DNA of 38,461 nucleotides from Bacillota bacterium (lineage in GTDB: Bacteria; Bacillota; Clostridia; Christensenellales; CAG-138): assembly GCA_023453725.1 (NCBI GenBank), contig JAEXTB010000308.1, positions 1 through 38,461 on the forward strand, in the 5' to 3' direction. Within the stretch, counting starts at the first letter, position 1. The number at the start of each line of letters is the position of its first letter. Below, piece by piece: positions 18,301 through 26,074 of the stretch. The notes beneath the pieces are model-generated. The model searched no databases, was not told the origin of the DNA, and saw nothing but the letters and a program-made list of their open reading frames with translations. Both the position numbers and the translations under genes were made by a program.

Positions 18301-19001
18301 ATGCCGGTATCAGGCACCACCAATGTGGTGAAGCCCCTGGCCATTGATTTTAGCTTGGGGGCAGAAGCGGGAGCGGTCAAAGAGGTAAGCAACGCGCCCG
18401 CGTTGCTGAAATCTTCTTTCGCAACGCCTGCTCCAAGCAAATTGCCGGTAACGGAGAACAGCTTTGTAAACTCTTCCTCCGTAAACTCCTGTGCAACCGC
18501 ATCCATTTTATCCGCATCCAGAAGGGCGGAAAGCTCAATCCATGCGTCAATGCGCGCCTGGTTGCTTTCCAAACCGCGCAGGTAATCCGCAATTTCAGCA
18601 GCGGTCATCTTTGTAAAATCAAGCGCCTGAGAGAACCATGCGGCCAACTCCGTCTGGGTCGCATAGCCCTGCAAAGACGTAATCTGCTGCTCTGTGAGCA
18701 CAGTGAGCACGGCTTTGAGCGCATCGCCTTCGAGCGTCTTCAAATACGCATACAGTTCTTCCCCTGATAGCCCGCTTACGTCAATGGACGAATTTGTCGC
18801 AGGCGTCGGCAGCGGCGTTTCCGTCGGTCCCGGCGTTGCAGCGGAATCCGGCGTTGGTGTGGGAGTCGCCTGGGGCGCTTCTACAGACGAAGGCGTGGCG
18901 GACTCATCCCCCTCCGCCGCAAAGCCCGCGATGGGGAACAGCCCCACAACCAGCAATGTAGCCAATAAAAGGGCCAGTGTCTTCTTGCTTTGTTTCTTCA
19001 T
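15399..19001 (-). CDS. Giant secreted vWA-domain adhesin with Ig-like beta-repeat modules (about 1200 aa)
   Basis: Sec signal (…GLFPIAGFAAEG), a P/T-rich linker, and two helical E-[LI]-x-x-YL-[KR]-x-LE repeats. The vWA MIDAS motif is VLVLDVSGSMDY, with VTVMFTDGYPN and VTVFTVGIF. About 700 aa of T/G/V-rich beta modules follow. There is no LPXTG/SPXTG motif and no C-terminal TM. The start is ATG 19001 or GTG 19013. Confidence 0.8.
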   Translation of the reverse strand: MKKQSKKTLALLLATLLVVGLFPIAGFAAEGDESATPSSVEAPQATPTPTPDSAATPGPTETPLPTPATNSSIDVSGLSGEELYAYLKTLEGDALKAVLTVLTEQQITSLQGYATQTELAAWFSQALDFTKMTAAEIADYLRGLESNQARIDAWIELSALLDADKMDAVAQEFTEEEFTKLFSVTGNLLGAGVAKEDFSNAGALLTSLTAPASAPKLKSMARGFTTLVVPDTGIQLDKSVSLLPNGNYKIRLESYTTGTVTNTNEPAPADIVLVLDVSGSMDYDFSKTVYTFQVRSQTKNSQLYDRKDNLYYDLGNGTFTQVTLTRTWINSSGGYNQYTYSYVNAEGTTVTATSDYDNGTAPWTLYRRNETTVTTSRLAALKTAVNNFIDSTKAQNDSITVAANKHKIAIVTFADNSSIRQNLITVDATGAATLKGIVNSLTADGSTGADYGMANANSIFSAATSSRNRVTVMFTDGYPNHGSGFSSTVATNTIAESKVLKDKSVTVFTVGIFADAEVNAGGSLPGTTSGDTNRANRYMHLTSSNYPNATALDAPGTGGATGKQDPITGEWSSYYLSASNANALDDVFQDISQQVGNPTVKLGAEARIKDTISAYFRLPTPGNITVKTADASYTGGTLSFVNETVVALTPTVSGKTVTVSGFDFDTNYVSVNGRGAGNTFHGKKLIIEIEVEREPSFIGGNNVETNVPATSGLYDNATAPAPRQMFGNESPEVNVPIRFSTASLQNKDIYAGDDVVLTSLFGGNYTTSSGGSTYTLGNVVTNQYSDVAYTIKDGGTVIGTYTVPAGSVLGSALCEWTGTSTIADLMADKTYTVTAAITPSETATNQVGTAGSIANLNIGSASVSVYNPAITAKDLSVYLTQNPTTAQLNTAAIANVDWKHGANTANIVTMGAAPGLTYTFSGLPASPAYPTADTGVTIASVTRTDGDLDDLTAASTITKTAAAPVGSHLKLFVLKPTITCTDTSVFLGETTNLTGRYSGITWVGTTGAPAVAAPFATAPTVTVSPVKVTGTAPGSDLTVYKPAVTSTFKVKALIGGVDITTFCKIMNNSADVTTAAQHFTVTVISGQVTITKTGGAEGESYIFTLTSDTGITVKEVIQGNSSKVIKGLPKGTYTVTEETTWSWRYDATPTIGWTNSDRTLGQTPTDTAISCSVANTNRVPFWLSGESFAVNSFNPYNPAV

Positions 19002-19220
19002 CCCGCTATGCACCCCTTACGCTGGAATTGGCTGGCAAACGAGCGCCAGCCGATACATGTATTTCCATCTTTCACAAATCATAAACCACGCTGGTCACAG
19101 ACCAGCCTCCAAACCGTCTTTTTTCAATTTTATTTTTTCCTTATTTAGGTTCCCTGCAGTTAAAATGGCAGGAGAGTTCTCAAAATATTCACATACAGCG
19201 TTGTTTTTCAAAAATCACCA

Positions 19221-19248
19221 AAAAAATCGGTATGCAATTTGCATACCG
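19221..19248 (-). terminator. Orphan minus-strand intrinsic terminator about 210 nt upstream of the fibre operon start codon
   Basis: Perfect 9-bp stem CGGTATGCA / TGCATACCG (19228-19248) with a 3-nt loop. A7 on the + strand (19221-19227) gives a U7 tail on the minus strand. Confidence 0.5.
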
Positions 19249-19389
19249 GAATGCAGCCGTTTACGGCGGATTGACGCGATTGACAAAGGGGGAGGCATGG
19301 CGGTATCCTAAAACCAAAGGAAAAAGCAGTTTTATTTGGCTTATGAAGGGCAGTTCTCCAAATTTGCAGCACATTTTCAGGAGGGGCAC

Positions 19390-20916
19390 ATGCAATACGT
19401 AATCGGCGTGGATATCGGTACCTCCGGTACCAAGACGGTATTATTTGATGAAGCTGGCAACCGCATTTCCTCGGCCATGAGAGAATACCCGCTTTATCAG
19501 CCGCAAAACGGCTGGGCGGAGCAGGAGCCGGAGGATTGGTGGCGCGCTGCTGTTGAAACCATCCGGGAAGCGGTTTCAAATTCCGGCGTGGATGCAAAGG
19601 ACATTAAAGGCGTGGGCCTCTCCGGGCAGATGCACGGCCTTGTCATGCTCAACCAAAAAGGCGAAGTGCTGCGGCGCAGCATCCTCTGGTGCGATGGCCG
19701 CACAGCCGCCGAATGCGCGGAAATTACAGAAAAGGTCGGCAAAGAAAAGCTGATTGCAATCACGGCCAACCCCGCGCTCACCGGCTTTACTGCGGGCAAG
19801 GTGCTCTGGGTGCGCAGGCACGAGCCGGAGCTGTATAAAGCTTGCCGCATGATGCTGCTGCCCAAGGATTATATCCGGTACCGGCTGACAGGTGTTTACG
19901 CAACGGAAGCTTCGGACGCCGCGGGCACCAACCTTTTGGATGTACCAAACCGCCGCTGGTCGGAAGAAGTGCTTTCCATATTGGATATCGATGGCGCACT
20001 GCTGCCCAAAGTGTTTGAATCCCCCGACGTCACAGGGTATGTGACAAAAGAAGTTGCTGCGCTCACCGGCCTGTGTGAAGGGACGCCCGTTGTGGGCGGC
20101 GCTGGGGACAATGCGGCGGCGGCTGTCGGCACGGGCGTTGTCAAGGACGGCCGTGCGTTTTTGACCATCGGCACGTCCGGCGTGATATTCGCGCATGCGG
20201 ACAGCGTGCGCATCGATCCCGGCGGGCGCGTGCACACGTTCTGCCATGCAGTGCCCGGCTGTTATACGGTCATGAGCTGTACGCTTTCGGCAGGCCTTTC
20301 CCTAAAGTGGTTCCGCGATCAGTTCTTTACGGCGGAAATGGAAGCTGCCGCAGGCATGGGTGTGGACCCGTATGAACTGATGAACGCGCAGGCTGCCCGC
20401 GTCCCCATCGGCTCCAACCGCCTCGTTTATCTGCCCTATCTGATGGGAGAGCGCTCGCCCATACTCGATCCCGATGCGCGGGGCGCGTTTATCGGCCTTT
20501 CCGCCATCCACACCAAGTATGATATGCTGCGCGCCGTCATGGAGGGAGTGTCCTACTCCCAGCTGGAATGCCTGGATGTGCTCCACGGCATGGGCATTGT
20601 TCCAAAGGAACTCCTGGCGACGGGCGGCGGCGCAAGGAGCGCGCTGTGGCGGCAGATGCTTTCGGATGTTTTAAACTGCCCGGTTGCCACCGTCGCGTCC
20701 TCCGGGGAAGGTCCGGCGCTTGGCGCGGCTTTGCTTGCGGGCGTAGGCGCAGGCGTCTATAAGAGCGTACCGGAGGCGTGTGACGCCGTTATTCACCTTA
20801 ACCCGCTCCAGCAGCCGGAAGAAAAGAGCGTGAAGGCATACGCGCCCTATTATGCGCTCTACAAAACCATGTATCCCTCGCTCAAAGCGCAGTATGCCGC
20901 GCTGGCGTCACTGTAA
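19390..20916 (+). CDS. xylB: Xylulokinase (FGGY carbohydrate kinase)
   Basis: AGGAGGGG lies upstream of ATG 19390. Motifs MQYVIGVDIGTSGTKTVLFD, GLSGQMHGLV and GGAGDNAAAAVGTG. Confidence 0.85.
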   Translation: MQYVIGVDIGTSGTKTVLFDEAGNRISSAMREYPLYQPQNGWAEQEPEDWWRAAVETIREAVSNSGVDAKDIKGVGLSGQMHGLVMLNQKGEVLRRSILWCDGRTAAECAEITEKVGKEKLIAITANPALTGFTAGKVLWVRRHEPELYKACRMMLLPKDYIRYRLTGVYATEASDAAGTNLLDVPNRRWSEEVLSILDIDGALLPKVFESPDVTGYVTKEVAALTGLCEGTPVVGGAGDNAAAAVGTGVVKDGRAFLTIGTSGVIFAHADSVRIDPGGRVHTFCHAVPGCYTVMSCTLSAGLSLKWFRDQFFTAEMEAAAGMGVDPYELMNAQAARVPIGSNRLVYLPYLMGERSPILDPDARGAFIGLSAIHTKYDMLRAVMEGVSYSQLECLDVLHGMGIVPKELLATGGGARSALWRQMLSDVLNCPVATVASSGEGPALGAALLAGVGAGVYKSVPEACDAVIHLNPLQQPEEKSVKAYAPYYALYKTMYPSLKAQYAALASL

Positions 20917-20954
20917 ACAAAGGCCGTCCAGCCTACAGAAAGAAGGATTTGTTG

Positions 20955-21914
20955 ATGAAGAAAAAGGCGCTTGCCCTGCTGTTGGTGCTCACGATGCTGT
21001 TCCTTGCAACCGGCTGCCTGCCCAAATTGGTGCAGGGCGTTGTCGAACAATACATGGAAGACAAAGCGGGTGAAACAATCGAGGCAAAGCCTGTTCCCCA
21101 AACTCCGGAGCAGGAAGCGCAGCTTCCCGGCAAGGCTGAGCAGCCGGCTTCTCCGGTTGCACCTCCCGCGCCGGGTGAAACGACTGGTGCAACGGATATT
21201 TACAGCAATATGGATTATGTGCGTGTGTATTCCGATTATCCGCAGGAATTTGATCTGGATGGGGACGGCGCATTGGAAACGCTGACGGTATTGACAGACG
21301 ATGATGCGGGGACGTTTGGCATCAACATCGAAAAAAACGGAGAGACCATGCCGGGGGATGCCATACAGGCATATTTGAAGGATGCGTTCGTCGCTTATAA
21401 TTCCGAAGGCAAGCCCTGCATTGTGGTAAGCTACGATTATGCCTCGGATGATTATGAGACCGCCATCTATACATTTGACGGGCAGTGCCTCGCCTGCACC
21501 GATACAAAGACCGGGTTTGCGGAAGGCATATATGAAGGCGTATGGATGCTGCGCGGCTGGGTGTACACGATGGGGACATGGAGCGGCTACCATAAATGGA
21601 CAATATCACCGTCCTTTACGTTTGCTTCCCAGGGGCCCGATCTTTGGATGCTGCAGGATGCCGGCCCAGACCGGCTGCTGTCCGCGAAAACAAGCATAGA
21701 CGCGCAGTTTATCGAAAACGGCGCGCTTGTACCTGGAACGATACAGGCGGGGGAACGCCTGCGGCCCTACGCCACGGATCAAAATGAGGTCGTATATTTT
21801 AGCATGGAGGATGGCAGAAAAGGGCTGCTGCGTGTAGAACTGAAAGAAGGGCTTACCTATATTGGCGGCCAACAGGATGACATGGTGTTTGACAATCTGT
21901 TTTATGCCGGATGA
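20955..21914 (+). CDS. Hypothetical lipoprotein
   Basis: MKKKALALLLVLTMLFLATGC has a lipobox (LATG-C). An E/P/A-rich linker follows, and there is a DLDGDGALE calcium-loop-like motif. No family recognised. Confidence 0.6.
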   Translation: MKKKALALLLVLTMLFLATGCLPKLVQGVVEQYMEDKAGETIEAKPVPQTPEQEAQLPGKAEQPASPVAPPAPGETTGATDIYSNMDYVRVYSDYPQEFDLDGDGALETLTVLTDDDAGTFGINIEKNGETMPGDAIQAYLKDAFVAYNSEGKPCIVVSYDYASDDYETAIYTFDGQCLACTDTKTGFAEGIYEGVWMLRGWVYTMGTWSGYHKWTISPSFTFASQGPDLWMLQDAGPDRLLSAKTSIDAQFIENGALVPGTIQAGERLRPYATDQNEVVYFSMEDGRKGLLRVELKEGLTYIGGQQDDMVFDNLFYAG

Positions 21915-21926
21915 CCAGTGCCTTAG

Positions 21927-21964
21927 AAAAAACGAGCCGCCAAATACTTGGCGGCTCGTTTTTT
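21927..21964. terminator. Bidirectional intrinsic terminator
   Basis: 11-bp perfect stem AACGAGCCGCC / GGCGGCTCGTT with an 8-nt loop, an A-run upstream and a T-run downstream. It lies 13 nt after the stop at 21914. Confidence 0.8.
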
Positions 21965-22073
21965 CTTTTCCTTACAGGAGCTTCAACCCCAAATTCCCTG
22001 CCCTAAAACATGGGGATTATGGGAGTAGGCCATACATAGTAAGTTTCCGGTACGGGCAAGCCATATATAATCA

Positions 22074-22104
22074 CAAACACCCCGACAAAACGCCGGGGTG
22101 TTTG
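22074..22104 (-). terminator. Intrinsic terminator of the MCP gene
   Basis: 11-bp stem CAAACACCCCG / CGGGGTGTTTG with a 9-nt loop, 14 nt downstream of the minus-strand stop at 22118. Confidence 0.6.
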
Positions 22105-22117
22105 GATGAGGGGTGTA

Positions 22118-24574
22118 TTATTCTTCTTCGCCCATCAGACGGAACTCTTCCACCAGTTCCTTGAGCATGTCGGCCTGGCCGGAAAGCTCCTCCGCCGTTG
22201 CGGCACTTTCTTCCGCCGTGGCGGAAGTCTGTTGTACCATATCGCTCATCATATTAAGGCCGCTGTTGACCTGCGCAATGCCGGTGGCCTGCTCGTTGGA
22301 GGCATCCGCAATTTCCTTGACGAGCGTCGCCGTCTGTTCAACGGTTGCGGTAATCTCGAGAAGGGCAGCGGAAGTATCGTCCGCAATCCGGGTGCCCGCG
22401 GCCGCTTTCTTAATAGAATTGTTGATGAGCGCAGTCGTTTCCTTTGCGGCGTTGGCGGATTTTTGCGCAAGATTTCGCACCTCGTCCGCAACCACGGAGA
22501 AGCCGCGCCCATACTGCCCCGCGCGAGCCGCTTCAATTGCTGCGTTCAGGGAAAGTATGCTTGTCTGGAACGCGATATCGTCAATGACCTTGATGATCTT
22601 TCGGATACTGCCCGCAGTCTCATTGATGGCTTCCATAGCGACCTGCATGGCGTGCATGCGCTTGTTGCCGGTCTGCGCGTGCGTCTGTGCGGCCACGCTC
22701 AGTTCGCTTGCGGTCATGGCGCGCGCGGCGTTGCGCTTGGTATGGTCGGCAAGTTCCGATACTGTGGCGTTGAGCTCCTCAATAGAGCTTGACTGCTCTA
22801 CAGAAGCATGGGATAGCGCCTGGCTGCCTGCAGACACCTGCAAAGTGCCCGCCGCCACCTGGTCGGCCGCGGCACCGATTTCCTGCAGCATGTCGTTGAA
22901 AGAGAAGACAATGCCGTTGATGGCCTCCTTCAGTTCCACAAAATCCCCGTGGTATTCCGTGGTGATAGATACCGTCAAGTTTTTGTTGGACAGCTCGGAA
23001 AGCACATACGAGGTTTCTGAAATATAACGCTTGAGCGCGGCGATTGTTTCGTTGAGCGCGTGCTTGATAATGGCGTGGTCGCCCCGGAACTCACCCGTTA
23101 CCTGCGCGTCCAGGTTGCCAAGGGAAAGCTCGCGCAGCACGGCGGTCGCTTCTTCCACGGGGGCGATTACGGCGTCAAGCGTGTCGTTTATGCCTTCCAC
23201 GATCTTTTTAAAGTCGCCCTTGTGCTGTTCAGCGTCGGCGCGCGTTTTGAGTTCGCCCGCAAGCGCGGCCTGTACCAGCACGTCGGTATCGGATATCATG
23301 GCCTGCAGGGAACCGCATACGCTCATAAAAGACTGCATGAGCATGCCGATTTCATCTTTGCGGCTGCCCGCCTCCATTGCAAAGCGGGTGTTGCCTTCCG
23401 CAAGCTGTTCGGCCCCGGCTTTTAGCGCCATAAGCGGCTTCTGCACAATTCTGCGTATGAACAACAGCGTGCCTGCTACGGAAAGCGCAATGAGCACAAC
23501 GGCCACAAGTATGGTATTGCGTATGCCCGCTCCGCGCGCCTCATTAATTTCGTCAATCGATAGCCCGACAAACAGGGCGCCCAGCACGGTACCGTCCTTA
23601 TCCATTAACGGCGAATACTTGACGGCGTAGCTCTTTTCCGCAATCACGGCGCGGCCGGTGTACTCCTGCTTCTGCTTCAATACGATATCCGCAATGTGGG
23701 GATCCATTTGGGTGCCCACAATGCGCACGTTGTTCTTCGTAATGGTCGTCGCCCAGCGCACGTCGTTTTTAAACACGGTAAAATCGGCGCCATGCAAATC
23801 CTTCTGTTTATCCAGCAGCGCGGCGTTGTTGTAATAATAACCCGCAACAATACAGCCAACAATCCCCGTGCGCTCCAGCTTTACGGGGACCGCCGCCAGC
23901 CGGTAGATATTGCCGTTGGGGTCGGCGGTAAGGCTGATATCCTGACGCCCCTCAAACGCTTTTTGCAGATAGGCGGCGGAGGCAAGGTTTTCTCCCTTTC
24001 TATAATAGGAACTTGTGGAATAAAGAATGTTCCCAAGCCTGTCCGTCACAAACACAAAGCCGGAACCGCCCGCCTGGAAGTCGCTCAGGTAGTTTCCGAT
24101 GCCTTCCGCATTTTGCGCTGAGACTTCCTTTATAAAGACGGGGTCAACCGCGCTTTCCGTAGCCGTTTCCAGCCAAGTAAGCACCTGGTCCTCCAGGCTT
24201 TTGCTAAAGCTAGAGAACGCGCGGTCCATTTGCTCGTTCATAATGCGGTCGGAAATCTGGTTTCCGCTGGTTGTAGCCAGAAGTGTGCTTACCGTAACCG
24301 CCACAATCAGAATGGGCACTACAAACAAAAGCAGCTTGCCGCCAATGCTCTCAAACAGGGAGACGGCGGATTCGCGCGCCTGGGCTCGCTTTGTAAAAAC
24401 GAGCCTCCCGATGCGAGAAAAGAAAACACCCGTTTTTTGAAAAAAGGCATTACTTTTCTGACCCTCTGCCGGATGACTTTGGGTTTGCGCTTCTTTCGGG
24501 GCCGGTTGCTTTCGGTTGGCGAGTATCTTTGTGGTTAGCTGGGAGAGCTTTGTAAAGATGTTTTTCTTGTTCAC
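22118..24574 (-). CDS. Methyl-accepting chemotaxis protein (Cache-type sensor, HAMP repeats, MA signalling domain)
   Basis: The highly conserved MCP hairpin reads [44 protein letters not shown]. The protein has two TMs flanking a ~270-aa periplasmic domain. The probable start is GTG 24574 (TAGGGGG 6 nt upstream); the ORF stays open to 24628. Confidence 0.85.
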   Translation of the reverse strand: MNKKNIFTKLSQLTTKILANRKQPAPKEAQTQSHPAEGQKSNAFFQKTGVFFSRIGRLVFTKRAQARESAVSLFESIGGKLLLFVVPILIVAVTVSTLLATTSGNQISDRIMNEQMDRAFSSFSKSLEDQVLTWLETATESAVDPVFIKEVSAQNAEGIGNYLSDFQAGGSGFVFVTDRLGNILYSTSSYYRKGENLASAAYLQKAFEGRQDISLTADPNGNIYRLAAVPVKLERTGIVGCIVAGYYYNNAALLDKQKDLHGADFTVFKNDVRWATTITKNNVRIVGTQMDPHIADIVLKQKQEYTGRAVIAEKSYAVKYSPLMDKDGTVLGALFVGLSIDEINEARGAGIRNTILVAVVLIALSVAGTLLFIRRIVQKPLMALKAGAEQLAEGNTRFAMEAGSRKDEIGMLMQSFMSVCGSLQAMISDTDVLVQAALAGELKTRADAEQHKGDFKKIVEGINDTLDAVIAPVEEATAVLRELSLGNLDAQVTGEFRGDHAIIKHALNETIAALKRYISETSYVLSELSNKNLTVSITTEYHGDFVELKEAINGIVFSFNDMLQEIGAAADQVAAGTLQVSAGSQALSHASVEQSSSIEELNATVSELADHTKRNAARAMTASELSVAAQTHAQTGNKRMHAMQVAMEAINETAGSIRKIIKVIDDIAFQTSILSLNAAIEAARAGQYGRGFSVVADEVRNLAQKSANAAKETTALINNSIKKAAAGTRIADDTSAALLEITATVEQTATLVKEIADASNEQATGIAQVNSGLNMMSDMVQQTSATAEESAATAEELSGQADMLKELVEEFRLMGEEE

Positions 24575-24666
24575 CTGACAACCCCCTACAATGCAATATG
24601 GAAAAATATCAAGAAGAGAAGGCCGCAACCTGCAGCGGAGCGGCGTAATCCTTTCATTATATCGGC

Positions 24667-24695
24667 ATTTTATCCGCGGTTCTTAACATTTGCAA
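24667..24695 (-). promoter_or_regulatory. Putative sigma-A promoter for the MCP gene
   Basis: On the minus strand this reads TTGCAA-N17-TAAAAT (-35 at 24690-24695, -10 at 24667-24672), about 90 nt upstream of the start. Confidence 0.4.
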
Positions 24696-24864
24696 AGCAG
24701 AAAGCTGCAATATTATGGGTCTTTTCAAAAATACAGGAAGAATTATGTCTATCAATCATTGTTCACGGTTTCGTTTTTAAAGCGATATCCTTTCAAACAG
24801 CATAATTGCCTTGCATGGTTTGCCAAAATGCCCCAAAAAAATTTGTGTATGGGTCGTATTCGTA

Positions 24865-24915
24865 TTGCAAACGCTTAGAAAAGGGGATTTTACATAGATT
24901 TGATAATTCTAATAT
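24865..24915 (+). promoter_or_regulatory. Candidate Pho-box promoter of the pst operon
   Basis: Four TTnAnA-like hexamers in roughly 11-bp register: TTGCAA 24865, TAGAAA 24876, TTTACA 24888, TTGATA 24899. A -10-like TAATAT follows at 24910-24915. This resembles the PhoP/PhoB direct-repeat architecture. Confidence 0.3.
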
Positions 24916-24976
24916 TGGGGGATAACAATCGGGATGTATGCTTGCAATGTAAAATGAATTGGAGGAAGTATTCAAC

Positions 24977-25921
24977 ATGGAAGCAATCAGAAAGTTTGCA
25001 ACTCTGGCGGTCAGCGCATTACTCGTGCTTTCCGTATTCGCAGGTTGCGCGCCTGCGGCTGAAGCGCCCGCGGCGACCGAAGCACCCGCAAGCGAAGCGC
25101 CTGCGGTGACCGAAGCTCCCGCATCCACATTTGACAATAAGCAGGATATCATCGTGATCTCCCGCGAAGACGGTTCCGGCACCCGCGGCGCGTTCATTGA
25201 ACTCTTGGGCGTCGAAGTGAAGCAGGATGACGGCACCAAAGTGGATATGACAACCGTTGAAGCGCAGATCACCAACGATACCGCCGTCATGCTCACTACC
25301 GTCGCCGGTAACCCCTATGGCATCGGCTACATCTCGCTTGGCTCCCTCAATGATACAGTAAAGGCGGTCCAGGTAGACGGCGTGGACGCCACCGTTGAAA
25401 ACATCAAGGCCGGTACCTACAAGGTTTCCCGTCCGTTCAATATCGCCACAAAGGGCGAAGTGAGCGCCGCAGCGCAGGATTTCATCAACTTCATCATGAG
25501 CGCAGAAGGACAGGAAGTTGTATTGAAGAGCAAGTACATCAAAATCAATGACGCCGCTCCCGCGTTCGCTCCCACGGAAGCTTCCGGCAAGGTCGTCGTC
25601 GCCGGTTCCTCTTCTGTCACCCCCGTCATGGAAAAGCTTGCGGAAGCTTACAAGGCTGTTAATCCTAACGTCACCATCGAAATCCAGCAGAGCGACTCCT
25701 CCACCGGTATGAAGAGCGCCATCGACGGCACCTGCGACATTGGGATGGCTTCCCGTGCGCTCAAGGACAGCGAACTTTCCGAAGGCCTCACCCCGACTGC
25801 CATCGCCATGGACGGTATTGCGGTCATCGTCAACAACGAGAACACCTTCTCCAGCCTGACCTCCGACCAGATCCGTGCCATATTCACTGGCGAGATCCTC
25901 AGCTGGAGCGAGGTTGCGTAA
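24977..25921 (+). CDS. pstS: Phosphate ABC transporter substrate-binding lipoprotein PstS, with permuted domain order
   Basis: GGAGGA upstream of ATG 24977, lipobox VFAG-C, and an (E/T)APA-rich linker. PstS/PBP_like_2 motifs are present (SREDGSGTRGAF, GIGYISLGS, GTYKVSRPF, GSSSVTP, DIGMASRAL, IAMDGIAVIVN, IFTGEILSWSEV), but the canonical C-terminal half comes first. Confidence 0.85.
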   Translation: MEAIRKFATLAVSALLVLSVFAGCAPAAEAPAATEAPASEAPAVTEAPASTFDNKQDIIVISREDGSGTRGAFIELLGVEVKQDDGTKVDMTTVEAQITNDTAVMLTTVAGNPYGIGYISLGSLNDTVKAVQVDGVDATVENIKAGTYKVSRPFNIATKGEVSAAAQDFINFIMSAEGQEVVLKSKYIKINDAAPAFAPTEASGKVVVAGSSSVTPVMEKLAEAYKAVNPNVTIEIQQSDSSTGMKSAIDGTCDIGMASRALKDSELSEGLTPTAIAMDGIAVIVNNENTFSSLTSDQIRAIFTGEILSWSEVA

Positions 25922-25955
25922 ACGTAACATAAACAATGCCAGTGTATGGCATGGC

Positions 25956-25992
25956 TGCCGCCCGGAAAACGCCCCCGCGTTTTCGGGCGGCA
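25956..25992 (+). other. Strong intercistronic hairpin between pstS and pstC, with no U-tract
   Basis: A 16-bp stem with one bulged G (25956-25972 pairs with 25977-25992) and loop CCCC. It is followed by AGCGCG, not a T-run. Confidence 0.6.
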
Positions 25993-26074
25993 AGCGCGTC
26001 CCATAAGATTGTTCCGTGCAGCATTCTGCACACCCCAAAGAACCGTATCCTAAGGAAAAAGAAATAACGGGGGA

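Noticed and set aside
22113-23630. Long + strand ORFs (304 aa at 22113..23027; 199 aa at 23031..23630; also 22106..22792) inside the MCP gene.
   Set aside because: They are antisense to a gene with unmistakable MCP motifs. Their products are low-complexity Ser/Ala/Cys-rich strings with no RBS. This is typical of shadow ORFs in G+C-rich DNA.
24690-24716. The palindromic TTGCAA at 24690 also serving as the -35 of a + strand promoter for pstS.
   Set aside because: The best + strand -10 candidate (TATTAT) would need a 15-nt spacer and lies about 260 nt from pstS. The Pho-box-like region nearer the gene is a better candidate.
25019-26038. 339-aa minus-strand ORF covering pstS.
   Set aside because: It is antisense to a well-supported pstS. 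The product is Gly/Arg/Asp-rich with no recognisable motif, so it is a shadow ORF.
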